A stretch of DNA of 64,000 nt from an uncultured bacterium (GTDB lineage: Bacteria; Fidelibacterota; Marinisomatia; Marinisomatales; UBA1611). The notes beneath the pieces are model-generated. The model worked only from the letters and a program-made list of their open reading frames with translations. It did no database searches and was not told where the DNA came from. The DNA is taken from the NCBI GenBank assembly GCA_965660855.1, contig CBFIBM010000005.1, positions 1,466 through 65,465 of the forward strand, read 5' to 3'. Both the position numbers and the translations under genes were made by a program. Of this stretch, positions 38,333-49,087 are shown piece by piece (within the stretch, counting starts at the first letter, position 1; each line of letters opens with the position of its first letter).

Positions 38333-39931
38333 ATGCCTACTCTCAAATCTAAAACCGATATTAATTCAGAAGAATACCAAAAGAACTATAGGCATAATAA
38401 GTCCTTAGCCAATGAACTAAAAATATTAGAAGAAAAAATAAAAAAAATGGGTCCAAAGAAATATGTTGAAAAACATATTGAAAAAGGAAAAATTACAGCT
38501 CGAGATAGGATTAATTTATTGAAAGATGAGAATACAAGATTTCTTGAATTCTCATGCTTGGGTGGTTATAAATTATATGATGATTACATACCTGCAGCAG
38601 GAATCATCACTGGTCTCATATACATTCATCAAAGATTATGTATTGTCATAGCAAATGACGCGACTGTAAAAGGCGGTACATATTATCCAATTACAGTAAA
38701 AAAACACCTTAGAGCGCAAGAAATTGCTTTCGAAAACAAACTACCTTGTATTTATCTAGTCGATAGTGGCGGTGCATTTCTTCCTAAACAAGATGAGGTA
38801 TTTCCTGATAAAAATCATTTTGGAAGAATTTTCTATAATCAAGCTAGGATGAGCTCAAATGGTATTCCACAACTTTCTGCAGTTATGGGCTCATGCACCG
38901 CAGGGGGAGCTTATGTTCCTGCAATGAGTGACGAATGTATTATTGTAAATAAAACAGGTACAATTTTTTTAGGCGGGCCTCCATTAGTTAAAGCTGCAAT
39001 TGGTGAAATTACAACAGCAGAGGAATTAGGCGGTGCAAAACTACATACTAAGATTAGTGGAGTAGCTGATCATTTTGCAAAAGATGATTCTCATGCAATA
39101 AAAATATTACGTGGAATAATAGACCATTTTCCAGAACACAATATTATTGAAAATAATACATATAAAAGACCATTACACGATATAAATGAAATTTATGGTA
39201 TTTTATCTAGAACATTTCAAAAGCCATTTGATGTTCATGAAATAATTTCTCGTATCGTTGATGAATCAAATTTTGAAGAATTTAAAAAAGAATATGGAAA
39301 AACTTTAGTTACTGGATTTGCAAAAATAGGTGGATTCCCAATTGGAATTGTTGCGAATAATGGAGTCTTGATTAGTCAAACTTCTTTGAAAGGGGCTCAT
39401 TTTATTGAGATTTGTTCCCAGCGAAAAATCCCCTTATTATTTCTTCAAAACATAACCGGCTTTATGGTTGGAAAAAATGCAGAGTCAAATGGTATCGCAA
39501 AAGATGGAGCAAAAATGGTGCAGGCTGTTGCGACAGCTAGTGTTCCTAAACTAACTGTAATAATTGGTGGTAGTTTTGGAGCTGGAAATTACGCAATGTG
39601 TGGAAGAGCATATCAACCAAGATTTTTATGGATGTGGCCAAATGCCAGAATATCAGTAATGGGTGGAAATCAGGCAGCTCATGTTATGGCTACTATAAAA
39701 GAAGATCAACTGTCAAAAAAGAATCAAACAATTTCAAATGAAGAGATTGAAGGCCTCAAGAAACCAATTATTGATAAATATGAAAAAGAGGGGAGTCCAT
39801 ACTACTCCAGTTCTCGTTTGTGGGATGATGGTATTATAAATCCCATCGATACTAGAGATATTCTTATAATGGCCTTAAAAGTTATACAAAATACAAATTC
39901 TTTAAATAAAGCTCCAGTATTTCGAATGTAA
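38333..39931 (+). CDS. 3-methylcrotonyl-CoA carboxylase beta (carboxyltransferase) subunit
   Basis: [54 protein letters not shown]. Confidence 0.9.
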   Translation: MPTLKSKTDINSEEYQKNYRHNKSLANELKILEEKIKKMGPKKYVEKHIEKGKITARDRINLLKDENTRFLEFSCLGGYKLYDDYIPAAGIITGLIYIHQRLCIVIANDATVKGGTYYPITVKKHLRAQEIAFENKLPCIYLVDSGGAFLPKQDEVFPDKNHFGRIFYNQARMSSNGIPQLSAVMGSCTAGGAYVPAMSDECIIVNKTGTIFLGGPPLVKAAIGEITTAEELGGAKLHTKISGVADHFAKDDSHAIKILRGIIDHFPEHNIIENNTYKRPLHDINEIYGILSRTFQKPFDVHEIISRIVDESNFEEFKKEYGKTLVTGFAKIGGFPIGIVANNGVLISQTSLKGAHFIEICSQRKIPLLFLQNITGFMVGKNAESNGIAKDGAKMVQAVATASVPKLTVIIGGSFGAGNYAMCGRAYQPRFLWMWPNARISVMGGNQAAHVMATIKEDQLSKKNQTISNEEIEGLKKPIIDKYEKEGSPYYSSSRLWDDGIINPIDTRDILIMALKVIQNTNSLNKAPVFRM

Positions 39932-39934
39932 GTC

Positions 39935-40819
39935 ATGTCTATATACATTACTAGGGACAAATTAATATTCCAAATATTGCTACTTATTGGAATGTTAACC
40001 TGGGGACTATCATGGACTAATGGTAAAGTTTTAGGCAATTATGATAATGTTAATGTCATAATTTCTTGGAGATTCTTTTTTGCATTTATAGCATTTTTGC
40101 CTTTTCTTATTTCGAGTGAACACCCATTAATTCCACCTAAAAAAAGTATTCCATTTATATTATTAAATTCAATTTTTATTATATCTTATAATTTATTCTA
40201 TTTTTCAGGTACCAAAATTGGTTATGCATCGACTGGAGGTATTTTGGTTACTACATTGAATCCAATTCTAACTGCAATTTTTACAAGGATAATATTTAAA
40301 ACTTATATAAAAAATACAGATTTAATTGGTTTAGGTATAGGCCTCGTTGGGAGTTGTATTTTAATTAAAATATGGTCACTCGATATAGATTTAATGCTAA
40401 AAACAGGTAATCTATTTTTCATATTTGCTTCTTTTTCTTGGGTTTGTGTTACAATAATTACGGCATTCTCGAAAGATTATATACACTTCATACCTTATAC
40501 CTTTTGGAGCTTTTTTTCTGGATTTATATTTTCACTACTATTTTCTATTGATGAAGATTTATTTATTATTTACAGTTTTGATTATATTTTTTGGATTAAC
40601 TTTATATTAATTTCTGTAGGAGCTATGGCATTTGGTCAAGGTATTTATTTCAAAGCAACATCAACTTTAGGGCCTAAAAAGGCGAGTTCTTATATATTAA
40701 TTGTACCAATAGCTGCTGCTTTTTTTGCAATCTTAATTTTAGGAGAATCTATTGATATCTTTGTAATCTGTGGAGGGATTTTAAGCATTGTTGCGGTATT
40801 CATTTTAAATAATTATTAA
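39935..40819 (+). CDS. DMT/EamA family transporter
   Basis: Ten TM segments. TWGLSW, WRFF, LGE motifs. Confidence 0.85.
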   Translation: MSIYITRDKLIFQILLLIGMLTWGLSWTNGKVLGNYDNVNVIISWRFFFAFIAFLPFLISSEHPLIPPKKSIPFILLNSIFIISYNLFYFSGTKIGYASTGGILVTTLNPILTAIFTRIIFKTYIKNTDLIGLGIGLVGSCILIKIWSLDIDLMLKTGNLFFIFASFSWVCVTIITAFSKDYIHFIPYTFWSFFSGFIFSLLFSIDEDLFIIYSFDYIFWINFILISVGAMAFGQGIYFKATSTLGPKKASSYILIVPIAAAFFAILILGESIDIFVICGGILSIVAVFILNNY

Positions 40820-40829
40820 ACAGTATTAT

Positions 40830-41861
40830 TTATATCTCTTTTTTAATTTTTTCTAACTGTTTTAAATAGTATTTATCATCTGGTTTAAATTTTATACATT
40901 TTTTTATTTCATTAAGTGCCAGATTATACTTTTTAAGCTTATATAAAATCTCAGCTTTTGTATCTATAAACATATATTTTTGTTTTTCATCTTCCACTTT
41001 TAAAATAGCATAATTTATTTTTTCTAATGCTATATCTAATTTTATTTCTAGTTCACTCATCCTCCAAGAGAAACTATTTAACATACGTAATGAAACATTA
41101 TCATCATATTCAATTAACTTTAAAAAAATATCAGCTTCAAGCTTTTCTAATCCTCCCTTCTTACGAATAAAATACATAGCCTCTGAAAGAGCTGTTTGAA
41201 TATTAGGACTTTCTGGATTTTCATCAACATATGTCAAAAGAAGATTATAATCTTGATTTTCTCTAGCATCATATAAATAGGAAAAAAATTCTGCAATACC
41301 GGATGAATCAACGTTTTCAACTAAAATAGCATCAATCATTTGTTTTGCAGATATAAAATCACCTTTTTCTTCATATTTTCTAGCTAATGTGAACATGGTA
41401 TTAAAGCTACGTGGATCTAATTGAAACTTATTTAGTAAAGATTTTATAGTATTCTTTCCTCCTTTAATTCGCTTGAGTTGTTTTAAAAAATCAGGTGCTT
41501 TTTTGTAACCAACAATCCTATCTATTTCTGTTCCTTTATTATTTGTTATTACAACAGTAGGATAACCACGTATATTGTATCGCTTTGCGATTTCAGGACC
41601 ATTCCCGCTCTCTGCATCAACCTTAATACTAATTAGATTATTGAAAGCATATTTTATTACATTATTATCACCAAATGTATCGGCATCCAGCCGGTCACAC
41701 CAAGTTCACCAATCAGTCTCAAAGTCAATTAAAATTAATTTATCTGTTTCGATATTAAAGATTTGATTCAGATCTTCGTAAGGATACCAAGGATATTCAA
41801 TTTTTTTACTACAATTACTAATTAAAAAAAAAGTAAAAAAGGAAAGAATAATCTTATTCAT
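40830..41861 (-). CDS. Thioredoxin-fold selenoprotein (W-U-T-W-C), lipoprotein with C-terminal TPR-like domain; Sec at codon 52
   Basis: ATG 41861 overlaps the thioesterase stop. MNKIILSFFTFFLISNC...LILIDFETDW-TGA(41706-41708)-TWCDRLDADTF...KVDAE...YNIRGYPTVV...EIDRIVGY continues in frame into the 188-aa TPR ORF. Total 343 aa. Confidence 0.9.
41675..41700 (-). promoter_or_regulatory. Bacterial SECIS-like element of the thioredoxin-TPR gene
   Basis: GUGUG-AC-CGGC-UGGAU-GCCG-A-UACAU. The GC stem starts 12 nt after UGA and the apical loop 16 nt after, with G at loop position 2. Confidence 0.75.
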
Positions 41862-42267
41862 TATTAAAATGTGAATTTATTTTATTCAAAACTAATTTAG
41901 GTGCTCTAGTTGGTTTGCCATTTTTTTTCATAAATGCATGCCAGGTATACCCTTTTACAATTATCTCATTTGTACTATTTACTTTAATGATATAATTGAT
42001 CTTTAATTTAGAAACTGGGATTTCATTGATTTGCGATATTATAACTAATTTATCTTCAAACTTAGCACTTGAAATATATTCACAATGTGCAAGAATCACC
42101 GGTAATGTTATTCCACTCTCTTCAATATCTGTGACTGTTAAACCTTTATTTTTTAACAGTTCCGTTCTTGCTTGTTCAAAAAATTCAAAATATCTAGAAT
42201 AATAAACAATACCCATTTGATCAATATCTTTGTAATAAACCCTACAATAAAAATGATGTTCAATCAT
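41854..42267 (-). CDS. YbgC/FadM family acyl-CoA thioesterase
   Basis: RVYYKDIDQMGIVYYSRYFEFFEQARTE hot-dog fold motif. Confidence 0.9.
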   Translation of the reverse strand: MIEHHFYCRVYYKDIDQMGIVYYSRYFEFFEQARTELLKNKGLTVTDIEESGITLPVILAHCEYISSAKFEDKLVIISQINEIPVSKLKINYIIKVNSTNEIIVKGYTWHAFMKKNGKPTRAPKLVLNKINSHFNNE

Positions 42268-43214
42268 TATACTTCTTCAAAAAATCCTAGTTTATCGTAT
42301 TTAGAAATACGATTTTGAAGAAAATCACTTTTATCTAGATTAGATAATTGTTCTAACTCTTCTATCAAAACTCTTTTTAAGGAATCACAGGATGCTTTAA
42401 AATCACGATGAGCTCCACCATTTGGTTCCTCTATAATCCTATCACATATTCCAAGCTCTAGGAGATCTTCAGGTGTAGGTTTTAGAGCTTCTGCTGCATC
42501 CTCAGCACGTTTTGCATCTCTAAAAAGGATAGAGGCACAACCTTCTGGGCTGATAACTGAGTACCATGTATTTTCCATCATCAACATTCTATCGCAAATA
42601 CCTATTCCTAACGCACCTCCACTAGCACCTTCACCAATTACAACTGAAATAATTGGTACTTCAATACCTGACATTTCAATTAAATTATTCGCAATTGCCT
42701 CTCCTTGCCCTCTTTCTTCAGCTCCTAAACCAGGATAAGCTCCAATTGTATCTAGAAAGGATATAATAGGCAGATTAAATTTTTCCGCAATTTTCATGAT
42801 TCTTATTGCCTTCCGGTACCCTTCTGGACGCATCATTCCAAAGTTCCTATACAAATTTTCCTTAGTATTACGTCCCTTCTGCTGCCCAATCCAGGCAATT
42901 TTTTGCCCACTAAAATGCCCAATACCAGCTATGACAGCAGGGTCATCCCTGAAATGTCTATCTCCATGTAATTCAATAAAGTCGCTTGAAAATATATCAA
43001 TATAATCTTTTGAATATGGACGATTTGGATGTCTTGCTAGTTGAACTCTTTGCCATCTTGATAATTTAGAATATATATTTTTAATCAAATCGGTTCTTTT
43101 ATTATATAGTTGATTTAAAATATTCTGATCAGGATTTTGAAGACTCTCCATCTCAAGAATTTCTATATCAATCTGTTCAAATGGTTTTTCAAATTCTAAA
43201 TAATATTTTGACAT
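42267..43214 (-). CDS. accA: Acetyl-CoA carboxylase carboxyltransferase alpha subunit
   Basis: YLEFEKP, QLARHPNRP, ELHGDR, PEGYRKA, GAEERGQGEAIA, YSVISPEGCASIL. Confidence 0.97.
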   Translation of the reverse strand: MSKYYLEFEKPFEQIDIEILEMESLQNPDQNILNQLYNKRTDLIKNIYSKLSRWQRVQLARHPNRPYSKDYIDIFSSDFIELHGDRHFRDDPAVIAGIGHFSGQKIAWIGQQKGRNTKENLYRNFGMMRPEGYRKAIRIMKIAEKFNLPIISFLDTIGAYPGLGAEERGQGEAIANNLIEMSGIEVPIISVVIGEGASGGALGIGICDRMLMMENTWYSVISPEGCASILFRDAKRAEDAAEALKPTPEDLLELGICDRIIEEPNGGAHRDFKASCDSLKRVLIEELEQLSNLDKSDFLQNRISKYDKLGFFEEV

Positions 43215-43217
43215 AAT

Positions 43218-44267
43218 TTATTTATAGTTCTTATCAAGTTTAATAAAAGCCAAAGCACCTATCACAATGGTAAATATAAAAATAATATTAGCATTTAAGA
43301 TTGATAAATTTAGACATAAATAACCAATCATGCTCATCACAAGTGAAATACCATGAATAATTAAAACAGAATGATTTATTGGAATATTAAAATTAGATAA
43401 ACGATGAAAAGTATGATCTCTAGAGGCCTTATAAATTTTCTTTTTTCTTTTAATTCTTGATAGAACAACTAAAACTAAATCAAAAAGTGGCATATAGAAT
43501 ATTAATATGGGTAAAAACCAAGATGAAGATTGAAAACCTTTAGATGGGTTATATATTATTGCTATAGCAGCTAATATAAACCCCAGGGTCTGAGCACCAG
43601 AATCTCCTAAAAATAATTTTGCAGGATGCGAATTGAAAAAATATATTCCAATACATATCCCAAGTAAAATTGAACAAAATAAAAATAATTCAACTTGTCC
43701 TGTGGTTAAAGAAATTATAAAAAAAAATAAAGTAGATACCCCACTTAATCCAATAGTTAATCCGTCAATACTATCAATGAAATTAAATGCATTTGTTATG
43801 GCTAATAACCAGAATATCGTAAAACTAATATTTAATAGATTTGCTATATCAGGTCCTAATGAAAAAAAGAATTCAGGAGAATTAAATAAATTTACTTGCA
43901 CCCCATTATAAATTAATATAATTGACCCAAGAGCCTGACCAAGTAACTTTTGTAAAGGCTTTAAATGGAAATAGTCGTCCAAAATACCCAATCCAGCTAT
44001 TAAAGAACTAGAGAGTATAATAGCAAAAATATTTGTATTTGACCATAAACCAGTAAATACCATCAAAATTAAAATAGTGTCGAAGAGCACTAATCCACCT
44101 GTTATGGGTGTTGGTTTATTATGTTTTTTATGGTCAGCTGTTTTGGGGTCATCCATAAGCTTAATTTTTGGTGCAATAATTAAACTTATCCAACATAAAA
44201 TTGTAGATATCAAAATACTACAAAAGAGCATAAAAATACCACTATCAAAGTATTCAATATTTTGCAT
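43218..44267 (-). CDS. WecA/MraY-family undecaprenyl-phosphate sugar-1-phosphate transferase
   Basis: LGILDD, NAFNFIDSIDGL, PAKLFLGDSG, DHTFHRL. Confidence 0.9.
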   Translation of the reverse strand: MQNIEYFDSGIFMLFCSILISTILCWISLIIAPKIKLMDDPKTADHKKHNKPTPITGGLVLFDTILILMVFTGLWSNTNIFAIILSSSLIAGLGILDDYFHLKPLQKLLGQALGSIILIYNGVQVNLFNSPEFFFSLGPDIANLLNISFTIFWLLAITNAFNFIDSIDGLTIGLSGVSTLFFFIISLTTGQVELFLFCSILLGICIGIYFFNSHPAKLFLGDSGAQTLGFILAAIAIIYNPSKGFQSSSWFLPILIFYMPLFDLVLVVLSRIKRKKKIYKASRDHTFHRLSNFNIPINHSVLIIHGISLVMSMIGYLCLNLSILNANIIFIFTIVIGALAFIKLDKNYK

Positions 44268-45134
44268 CTAAGATTTTATTAAAAACAGTATCTGAGAAAA
44301 AATTAATTTTACTAACATTATTATTTTATAAAAGATATTAAAAAATATAGAATAATTCCTTTGAAAATGTTTTTTATAATACAAATAATAAGATTTGTGC
44401 CATTCGAAAATAGCTTTCATTGGTACAGAATTTGATCCTCCAACTCCTCCTTTATGAATAATTTGGACACCAGGAAAATATAATACTTTCCAACCTTTAT
44501 TTATTGCCCTCAGGCAATAGTCAGAATCCTCTTGATAAGCAAAATATCTTTCATCAAAATATCCAATATCATTTATTACTATTTTCTTAATTACCATGCA
44601 ACTTCCAGAAACTCCATAAACTTCATTTTCTTTATTTTCATCTAAATGATTTAATTGATAGCCCGTAAAAATTTTATTATCTGGAAAAAGTTTAGATAAA
44701 CCAAAAAAGTATGATAAGACAGCTTGAGGTTTTGCAAGCCCTCTCCTGCATGATTTTTGAAAAGTACCATCTTCGTTAATAACTTTAGGGCCAATAATTC
44801 CAATGTTTTTATTATTTTTTAACGCATTAACTAATTTAGCAATCGATTCTTTTTGAAGAATTGTATCTGGATTTAAAACTACTAAATAATCACCTTTAGC
44901 TTGAACAAGTCCTTTATTTATGGCTTTAGTATAGCCTTCATTCTTCTTATTTTGAATAATTTGATAATCTCTAAAAAGAGTTTTTACCATCAATTGAGAA
45001 TTATCTGATGAATTATTATCTACTATTATAACCTCATAGGTTAGATCCTTAATAGATCCAGGGATAGACTTTAAACAATTAAAAAGAACATCTCTAGCAT
45101 TTAGATTGACAATACAAAAAGAAATATTAATCAA
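44268..45134 (-). CDS. GT2 glycosyltransferase (WbbL-like)
   Basis: VDNNSSD, LNPDT, VSGSCM, FDERYFAYQEDSDYC. Confidence 0.9.
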   Translation of the reverse strand: MINISFCIVNLNARDVLFNCLKSIPGSIKDLTYEVIIVDNNSSDNSQLMVKTLFRDYQIIQNKKNEGYTKAINKGLVQAKGDYLVVLNPDTILQKESIAKLVNALKNNKNIGIIGPKVINEDGTFQKSCRRGLAKPQAVLSYFFGLSKLFPDNKIFTGYQLNHLDENKENEVYGVSGSCMVIKKIVINDIGYFDERYFAYQEDSDYCLRAINKGWKVLYFPGVQIIHKGGVGGSNSVPMKAIFEWHKSYYLYYKKHFQRNYSIFFNIFYKIIMLVKLIFSQILFLIKS

Positions 45135-45137
45135 ACT

Positions 45138-45851
45138 TTAAAACCATTTAAAAAATTTTAAAACTCTTAATCTCCATACAACCCATATTGCTTCAAACAT
45201 TATAGATTTAGACATTTTTGATTCACCGATTGTTCTATCAACAAATATAATTGGACATTCTTTTATTTTTGCATCCAAAATCCAAGCTCTGAAATTCATC
45301 TCTATTTGAAATGAATATCCTTGTGATTTGATAGTATCTAGATCTATTTTTTTTAGCAGATTAATTCTCCAAGCCTTAAAGCCTCCTGTTCCATCTTTTA
45401 TTGGCATACCTGTAATTAACCTAGAATACAAATTTGCGCAATAGCTCAAGAGTAATCTTCTTATAGGCCAATTCACAACACTTACACCTTGAATATATCT
45501 ACTGCCAATAACCAATTCACTCTTTCTTAAACCAGATAAAAGTTCTGGTATCTCCCTTGGATCATGAGAAAGATCTGCATCCATTTGAATGACAGTATTG
45601 TAATTTTTATTAATTGCCCATTTAAAACCAAAAATATAGGCTGTTCCTAAACCTGATTTTGACGGGCGTACTTCAAGATATAAGTTTTTATATTTTTTTT
45701 GAAGTTCTTGGATTTTTTTTGAAGTTCCGTCAGGAGAATTATCATCAATAACTAAGATATCAGACTCTTTTGAATTTAAAAATATTTGTTCTATCAATGA
45801 TTCAATATTCTTTTTTTCATTATAAGTAGGAGTTATAATAAGGTTCTTCAT
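45138..45851 (-). CDS. Polyprenol monophosphomannose synthase (DPM1-like GT2)
   Basis: PTYNE, DDNSPDGT, GLGTAY, QMDADLSHDP, GYSFQIEM, FVDRTIGESKMS. Confidence 0.9.
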   Translation of the reverse strand: MKNLIITPTYNEKKNIESLIEQIFLNSKESDILVIDDNSPDGTSKKIQELQKKYKNLYLEVRPSKSGLGTAYIFGFKWAINKNYNTVIQMDADLSHDPREIPELLSGLRKSELVIGSRYIQGVSVVNWPIRRLLLSYCANLYSRLITGMPIKDGTGGFKAWRINLLKKIDLDTIKSQGYSFQIEMNFRAWILDAKIKECPIIFVDRTIGESKMSKSIMFEAIWVVWRLRVLKFFKWF

Positions 45852-46711
45852 TTTATACTCTTTAAGAAAATTTGGTCCAGGCAGTTATCAACTGATGGAG
45901 CTTTTATTTTTAATAAAGTTTCTAAATTTTCTTTTTTAAGTCCTCCTTTCAAAGGTCTTGGTGCAATTTGACCTAATTCTTTTGTAGATATTTTCTTTAT
46001 TAAAGAACTATCTAGATTGAATTTTTTGGCAATTTTCAATGAAAATTCATATCTACTTAAATAACTATCATCACCCCAGTGAAATAAACCATGAATATTA
46101 TTTGTGATACACAAATTTATTACTTTCGCAATAGACATTGTCCAAGTTGGATTATTGTACTGATCATCAACAATATTAATTTGTTTTCCACTTTTTAAAT
46201 TTTCAATTATCCAATTTAAAAAGTTAAACTTATTGTTTGGAAAGGCATCATATAGAACATTCACTCTTAAAACTAAATTCTCTTCCCTTTTTAGTATTAT
46301 CTTTTCTGATTCTAATTTTGTTTTTCCATAAATAGAAATCGGATTTACTTTATCTTCCTCAAAATATGGTCCATTTAAACCATCGAAAACATAATCCGTA
46401 GATAAATGTATTATTTTTCCATCGAATGAATCATAAATATTCTTTACACCATTAGTATTCACCTCTGCTGCTAAATTAGAATTTGACTCACAAAAATCTA
46501 CATTTGTTAATGCGGCTAAATTGATAATTAGATCAGGCTTTATATAATTTACAAGACTTTTGACTTGAACTTTATCTAAAATATTTAAATGTAAACCTTT
46601 TTTATTTTTTGGAATATTAATACCTGTATTAAAAATATCATGATTTATATTAAGAATTTGATATAATGAAACTCCTAATTGGCCATAAGCTCCTGTGATT
46701 AATATACGCAT
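45848..46711 (-). CDS. rfbD: dTDP-4-dehydrorhamnose reductase family SDR
   Basis: ITGAYGQLG, AALTNVDFCE, HLSTDYVFDG, YGKTK, DDQYNNPT. Confidence 0.88.
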   Translation of the reverse strand: MRILITGAYGQLGVSLYQILNINHDIFNTGINIPKNKKGLHLNILDKVQVKSLVNYIKPDLIINLAALTNVDFCESNSNLAAEVNTNGVKNIYDSFDGKIIHLSTDYVFDGLNGPYFEEDKVNPISIYGKTKLESEKIILKREENLVLRVNVLYDAFPNNKFNFLNWIIENLKSGKQINIVDDQYNNPTWTMSIAKVINLCITNNIHGLFHWGDDSYLSRYEFSLKIAKKFNLDSSLIKKISTKELGQIAPRPLKGGLKKENLETLLKIKAPSVDNCLDQIFLKSIK

Positions 46712-47736
46712 TATAAGTTTGTAGAAAATGTTTTAATCATTAAATCTAATTTCCTCATATAAATGGATTTGTTATTTCCCGGGTGATGTATCAAATAATT
46801 GATATAATAAGTTTTATTACTAACTTTATCGTAAAATAAATAAGAACAAAAGGGACCACCTTTGGCATCTACTTTATTAATTGTCTCCCAAACTCCTTTT
46901 GCTCGCCATGCAATTGAGCCATTAAAAGGCATCTCATCAAGACTAAACTTATAGTTATTGAATCGAATATTTTTATAAAATTTTTCTGGCCAATCCCATA
47001 TATATTGTCCTACATCTAAAGAATTCAATTCTGAAACTATATCACCATTAGAATAACTAATACCAATCCATTGAAAAGGCATCTCTTTTCCAATCCATAC
47101 AAAGTTTGAATCTTTATTACTTTTAATTTTAATCCATCCCCAAGGAATTTTCATTTTCCAACCAAAATTGGTTTGTAAAGTATCCTCAAGATTTATGTTC
47201 CTATTTTCATGAGCTAAATAATACTTTTGCCTTAAGTTAAAATGCTCATTAAATATTCTTCTAAATGTATTTCTTTTTATTTTTATGTCTTTAAAAAGAG
47301 ATGTTTCTGTATTTGCATTAATAACCATAAATAATTGTTTATTAGAATAAACATCTTTAGATAAGATTACAGGATTATTTTTTAGTGTACTATTATACTG
47401 TTTTTCTGGTAAAATTTTTTTTAATAATTTTCTCCCAGGATTAGCTAAATCCTGATTAACTGCAGCAACTATAATTTTAGATTGAGTTTTTAGATTATCA
47501 TAAGTTTCAGGCGATGAAAATTTAAAATGGTAAAATGGTTCTGGTTCTGGGCAAAAAAGAGTATCATTAAAAATTTGATTTAAGTACTGGTTTACTATTT
47601 TCCTATCTATATCCGAACATATTACTCTTATTTCATTATCAGCGCCCAAAGCATCTCTTTTTATATTACAACTGTAAATAATTATGAAGAATAGGAAGTT
47701 TAGTTTTAGTTTTAGTTTTAGTTTTTTTTTATTCAT
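46711..47736 (-). CDS. DUF4837-like lipoprotein
   Basis: Likely start is ATG 47736. Lipobox IYSC. PEPEP and KGVWE...GGPF.SY...PG.NK..Y.R.L motifs resemble the FCB-group DUF4837 family (from memory). Confidence 0.7.
   Translation of the reverse strand: MNKKKLKLKLKLNFLFFIIIYSCNIKRDALGADNEIRVICSDIDRKIVNQYLNQIFNDTLFCPEPEPFYHFKFSSPETYDNLKTQSKIIVAAVNQDLANPGRKLLKKILPEKQYNSTLKNNPVILSKDVYSNKQLFMVINANTETSLFKDIKIKRNTFRRIFNEHFNLRQKYYLAHENRNINLEDTLQTNFGWKMKIPWGWIKIKSNKDSNFVWIGKEMPFQWIGISYSNGDIVSELNSLDVGQYIWDWPEKFYKNIRFNNYKFSLDEMPFNGSIAWRAKGVWETINKVDAKGGPFCSYLFYDKVSNKTYYINYLIHHPGNNKSIYMRKLDLMIKTFSTNL
47701..47724. repeat. (TAGTTT)x4 hexamer tandem repeat
   Basis: Four exact copies encoding KLKLKLKL in the signal-peptide n-region, next to a T homopolymer. 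Confidence 0.85.
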
Positions 47737-47758
47737 AACTGAGTAAAATATAATGGGA

Positions 47759-49087
47759 TTAAAATATTGACACCAATTTAAAATGGACCTTCCCATCTGT
47801 AGGGTTAAAGTTGCTTAGTGCATATTCAGCTTCAATTAAATATTTATTTGTGATCTGATAAAAACCAAATCCATATCCAACTTTCAATTTCTCTACACTA
47901 TATAGACTATTTGATGAATAATCTGTGAAAAATTTTATCTGAGAGGCATTATTTATATTGTAACCTAATTCTAAACAAAAAATATTATATTGCTCTGAAA
48001 AAAATTGATTCTCATCGTATCCTCTTAGGGACTTTACCCCACCATAACTTTTATACCTACTTTTTGGTGTTTCTCCTTTTAAAGCAATAATTCCTTCAGA
48101 TTTATATTTAAAATTAATTAAAATATTATTTTTAAATATTTTATATAAAAAGTATTCGTTTTTAAAATCAAAATAAGAAGTACTATTCTGAACTCCTACA
48201 TTTATTTCATTTGAAAAAAGCGACCCATTAGTAGCTAAGAACCTTTTATTTCTATTATCTTTAGTGGTCTTTAATAAAAATGCTTGGAATGTATTCTTTT
48301 TATAATCATTCTGTTTTCCTTCATATGTAGGAGTTGTTGATCCAATTACATAACCTAATTCTAAATTATTAATTATTGGAAAAAATGATTTTAAAGAATA
48401 TTCTTTTTTTTCATTTATGTACATACCATTAATAGTTTCAAAATTATATTTCCAATGAATACCTGTATTGTAACCAAATGGATGTGGGAATAAAATATCA
48501 AAATTTAATTTTTGAGATAATGAATCTATTTTTTTCCAATTAATTATAAATATCTCAGCTTGCTTTAAATAATTTTCAAGTTGCAGATTAAATTCTCCAT
48601 TCAAATTCCAACTTTTTGAATTTTTATTTATTCCAAAAATAGCGGAGGCAGAGTTTGTAAATCTAGAAAAGAGATCTATCTCTAATGCAATCTTGTTTTT
48701 ATTAAAAATTAACAAATTAGTATTTGGTGGATTATCTACAAAATAATATTTAGAGACCATTCTTCTTCCAATATCCTCAAAATTTGTATTTAAATGTTTT
48801 TTTTGGTAATTGAGAAGAATCTGATTATTTATTAATTCTGTCATTATATCATCATTTTTTAAAAAGACTGAATCAATCATCTTTTCTTCTGTTTTTTTTT
48901 TATACACAACGGTTTTAGGACTTAAAATAATTGAATCTATTTGATAATAGATATCAAAACCATTCTCAGTATCTAAATAAAAATTTAAAGTATCAGATAT
49001 TAATTCTTTATCAAAAGATGATATCTCTATCTTACTGTCCTGACAAATTAATAGGTTGAAAAATACTAAATAACTAAAAATACGCAC
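47759..49087 (-). CDS. Omp85/BamA-TamA-like outer membrane barrel protein
   Basis: YGGVKSLRGYDENQF (Omp85 loop-6 RGY motif), GYGFG and terminal Phe. Likely GTG start at 49087. Confidence 0.7.
   Translation of the reverse strand: MRIFSYLVFFNLLICQDSKIEISSFDKELISDTLNFYLDTENGFDIYYQIDSIILSPKTVVYKKKTEEKMIDSVFLKNDDIMTELINNQILLNYQKKHLNTNFEDIGRRMVSKYYFVDNPPNTNLLIFNKNKIALEIDLFSRFTNSASAIFGINKNSKSWNLNGEFNLQLENYLKQAEIFIINWKKIDSLSQKLNFDILFPHPFGYNTGIHWKYNFETINGMYINEKKEYSLKSFFPIINNLELGYVIGSTTPTYEGKQNDYKKNTFQAFLLKTTKDNRNKRFLATNGSLFSNEINVGVQNSTSYFDFKNEYFLYKIFKNNILINFKYKSEGIIALKGETPKSRYKSYGGVKSLRGYDENQFFSEQYNIFCLELGYNINNASQIKFFTDYSSNSLYSVEKLKVGYGFGFYQITNKYLIEAEYALSNFNPTDGKVHFKLVSIF

Noticed and set aside
19247..41708. 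Alternative genetic code (TGA = Trp or Gly) as explanation of the in-frame TGAs
   Set aside because: Long genes are intact under code 11, several end in TGA with ATGA overlaps, and both internal TGAs sit in Cys-type redox motifs with downstream hairpins.
41575..41766. 63-aa plus-strand ORF filling the apparent gap
   Set aside because: Antisense shadow of the thioredoxin selenoprotein domain.
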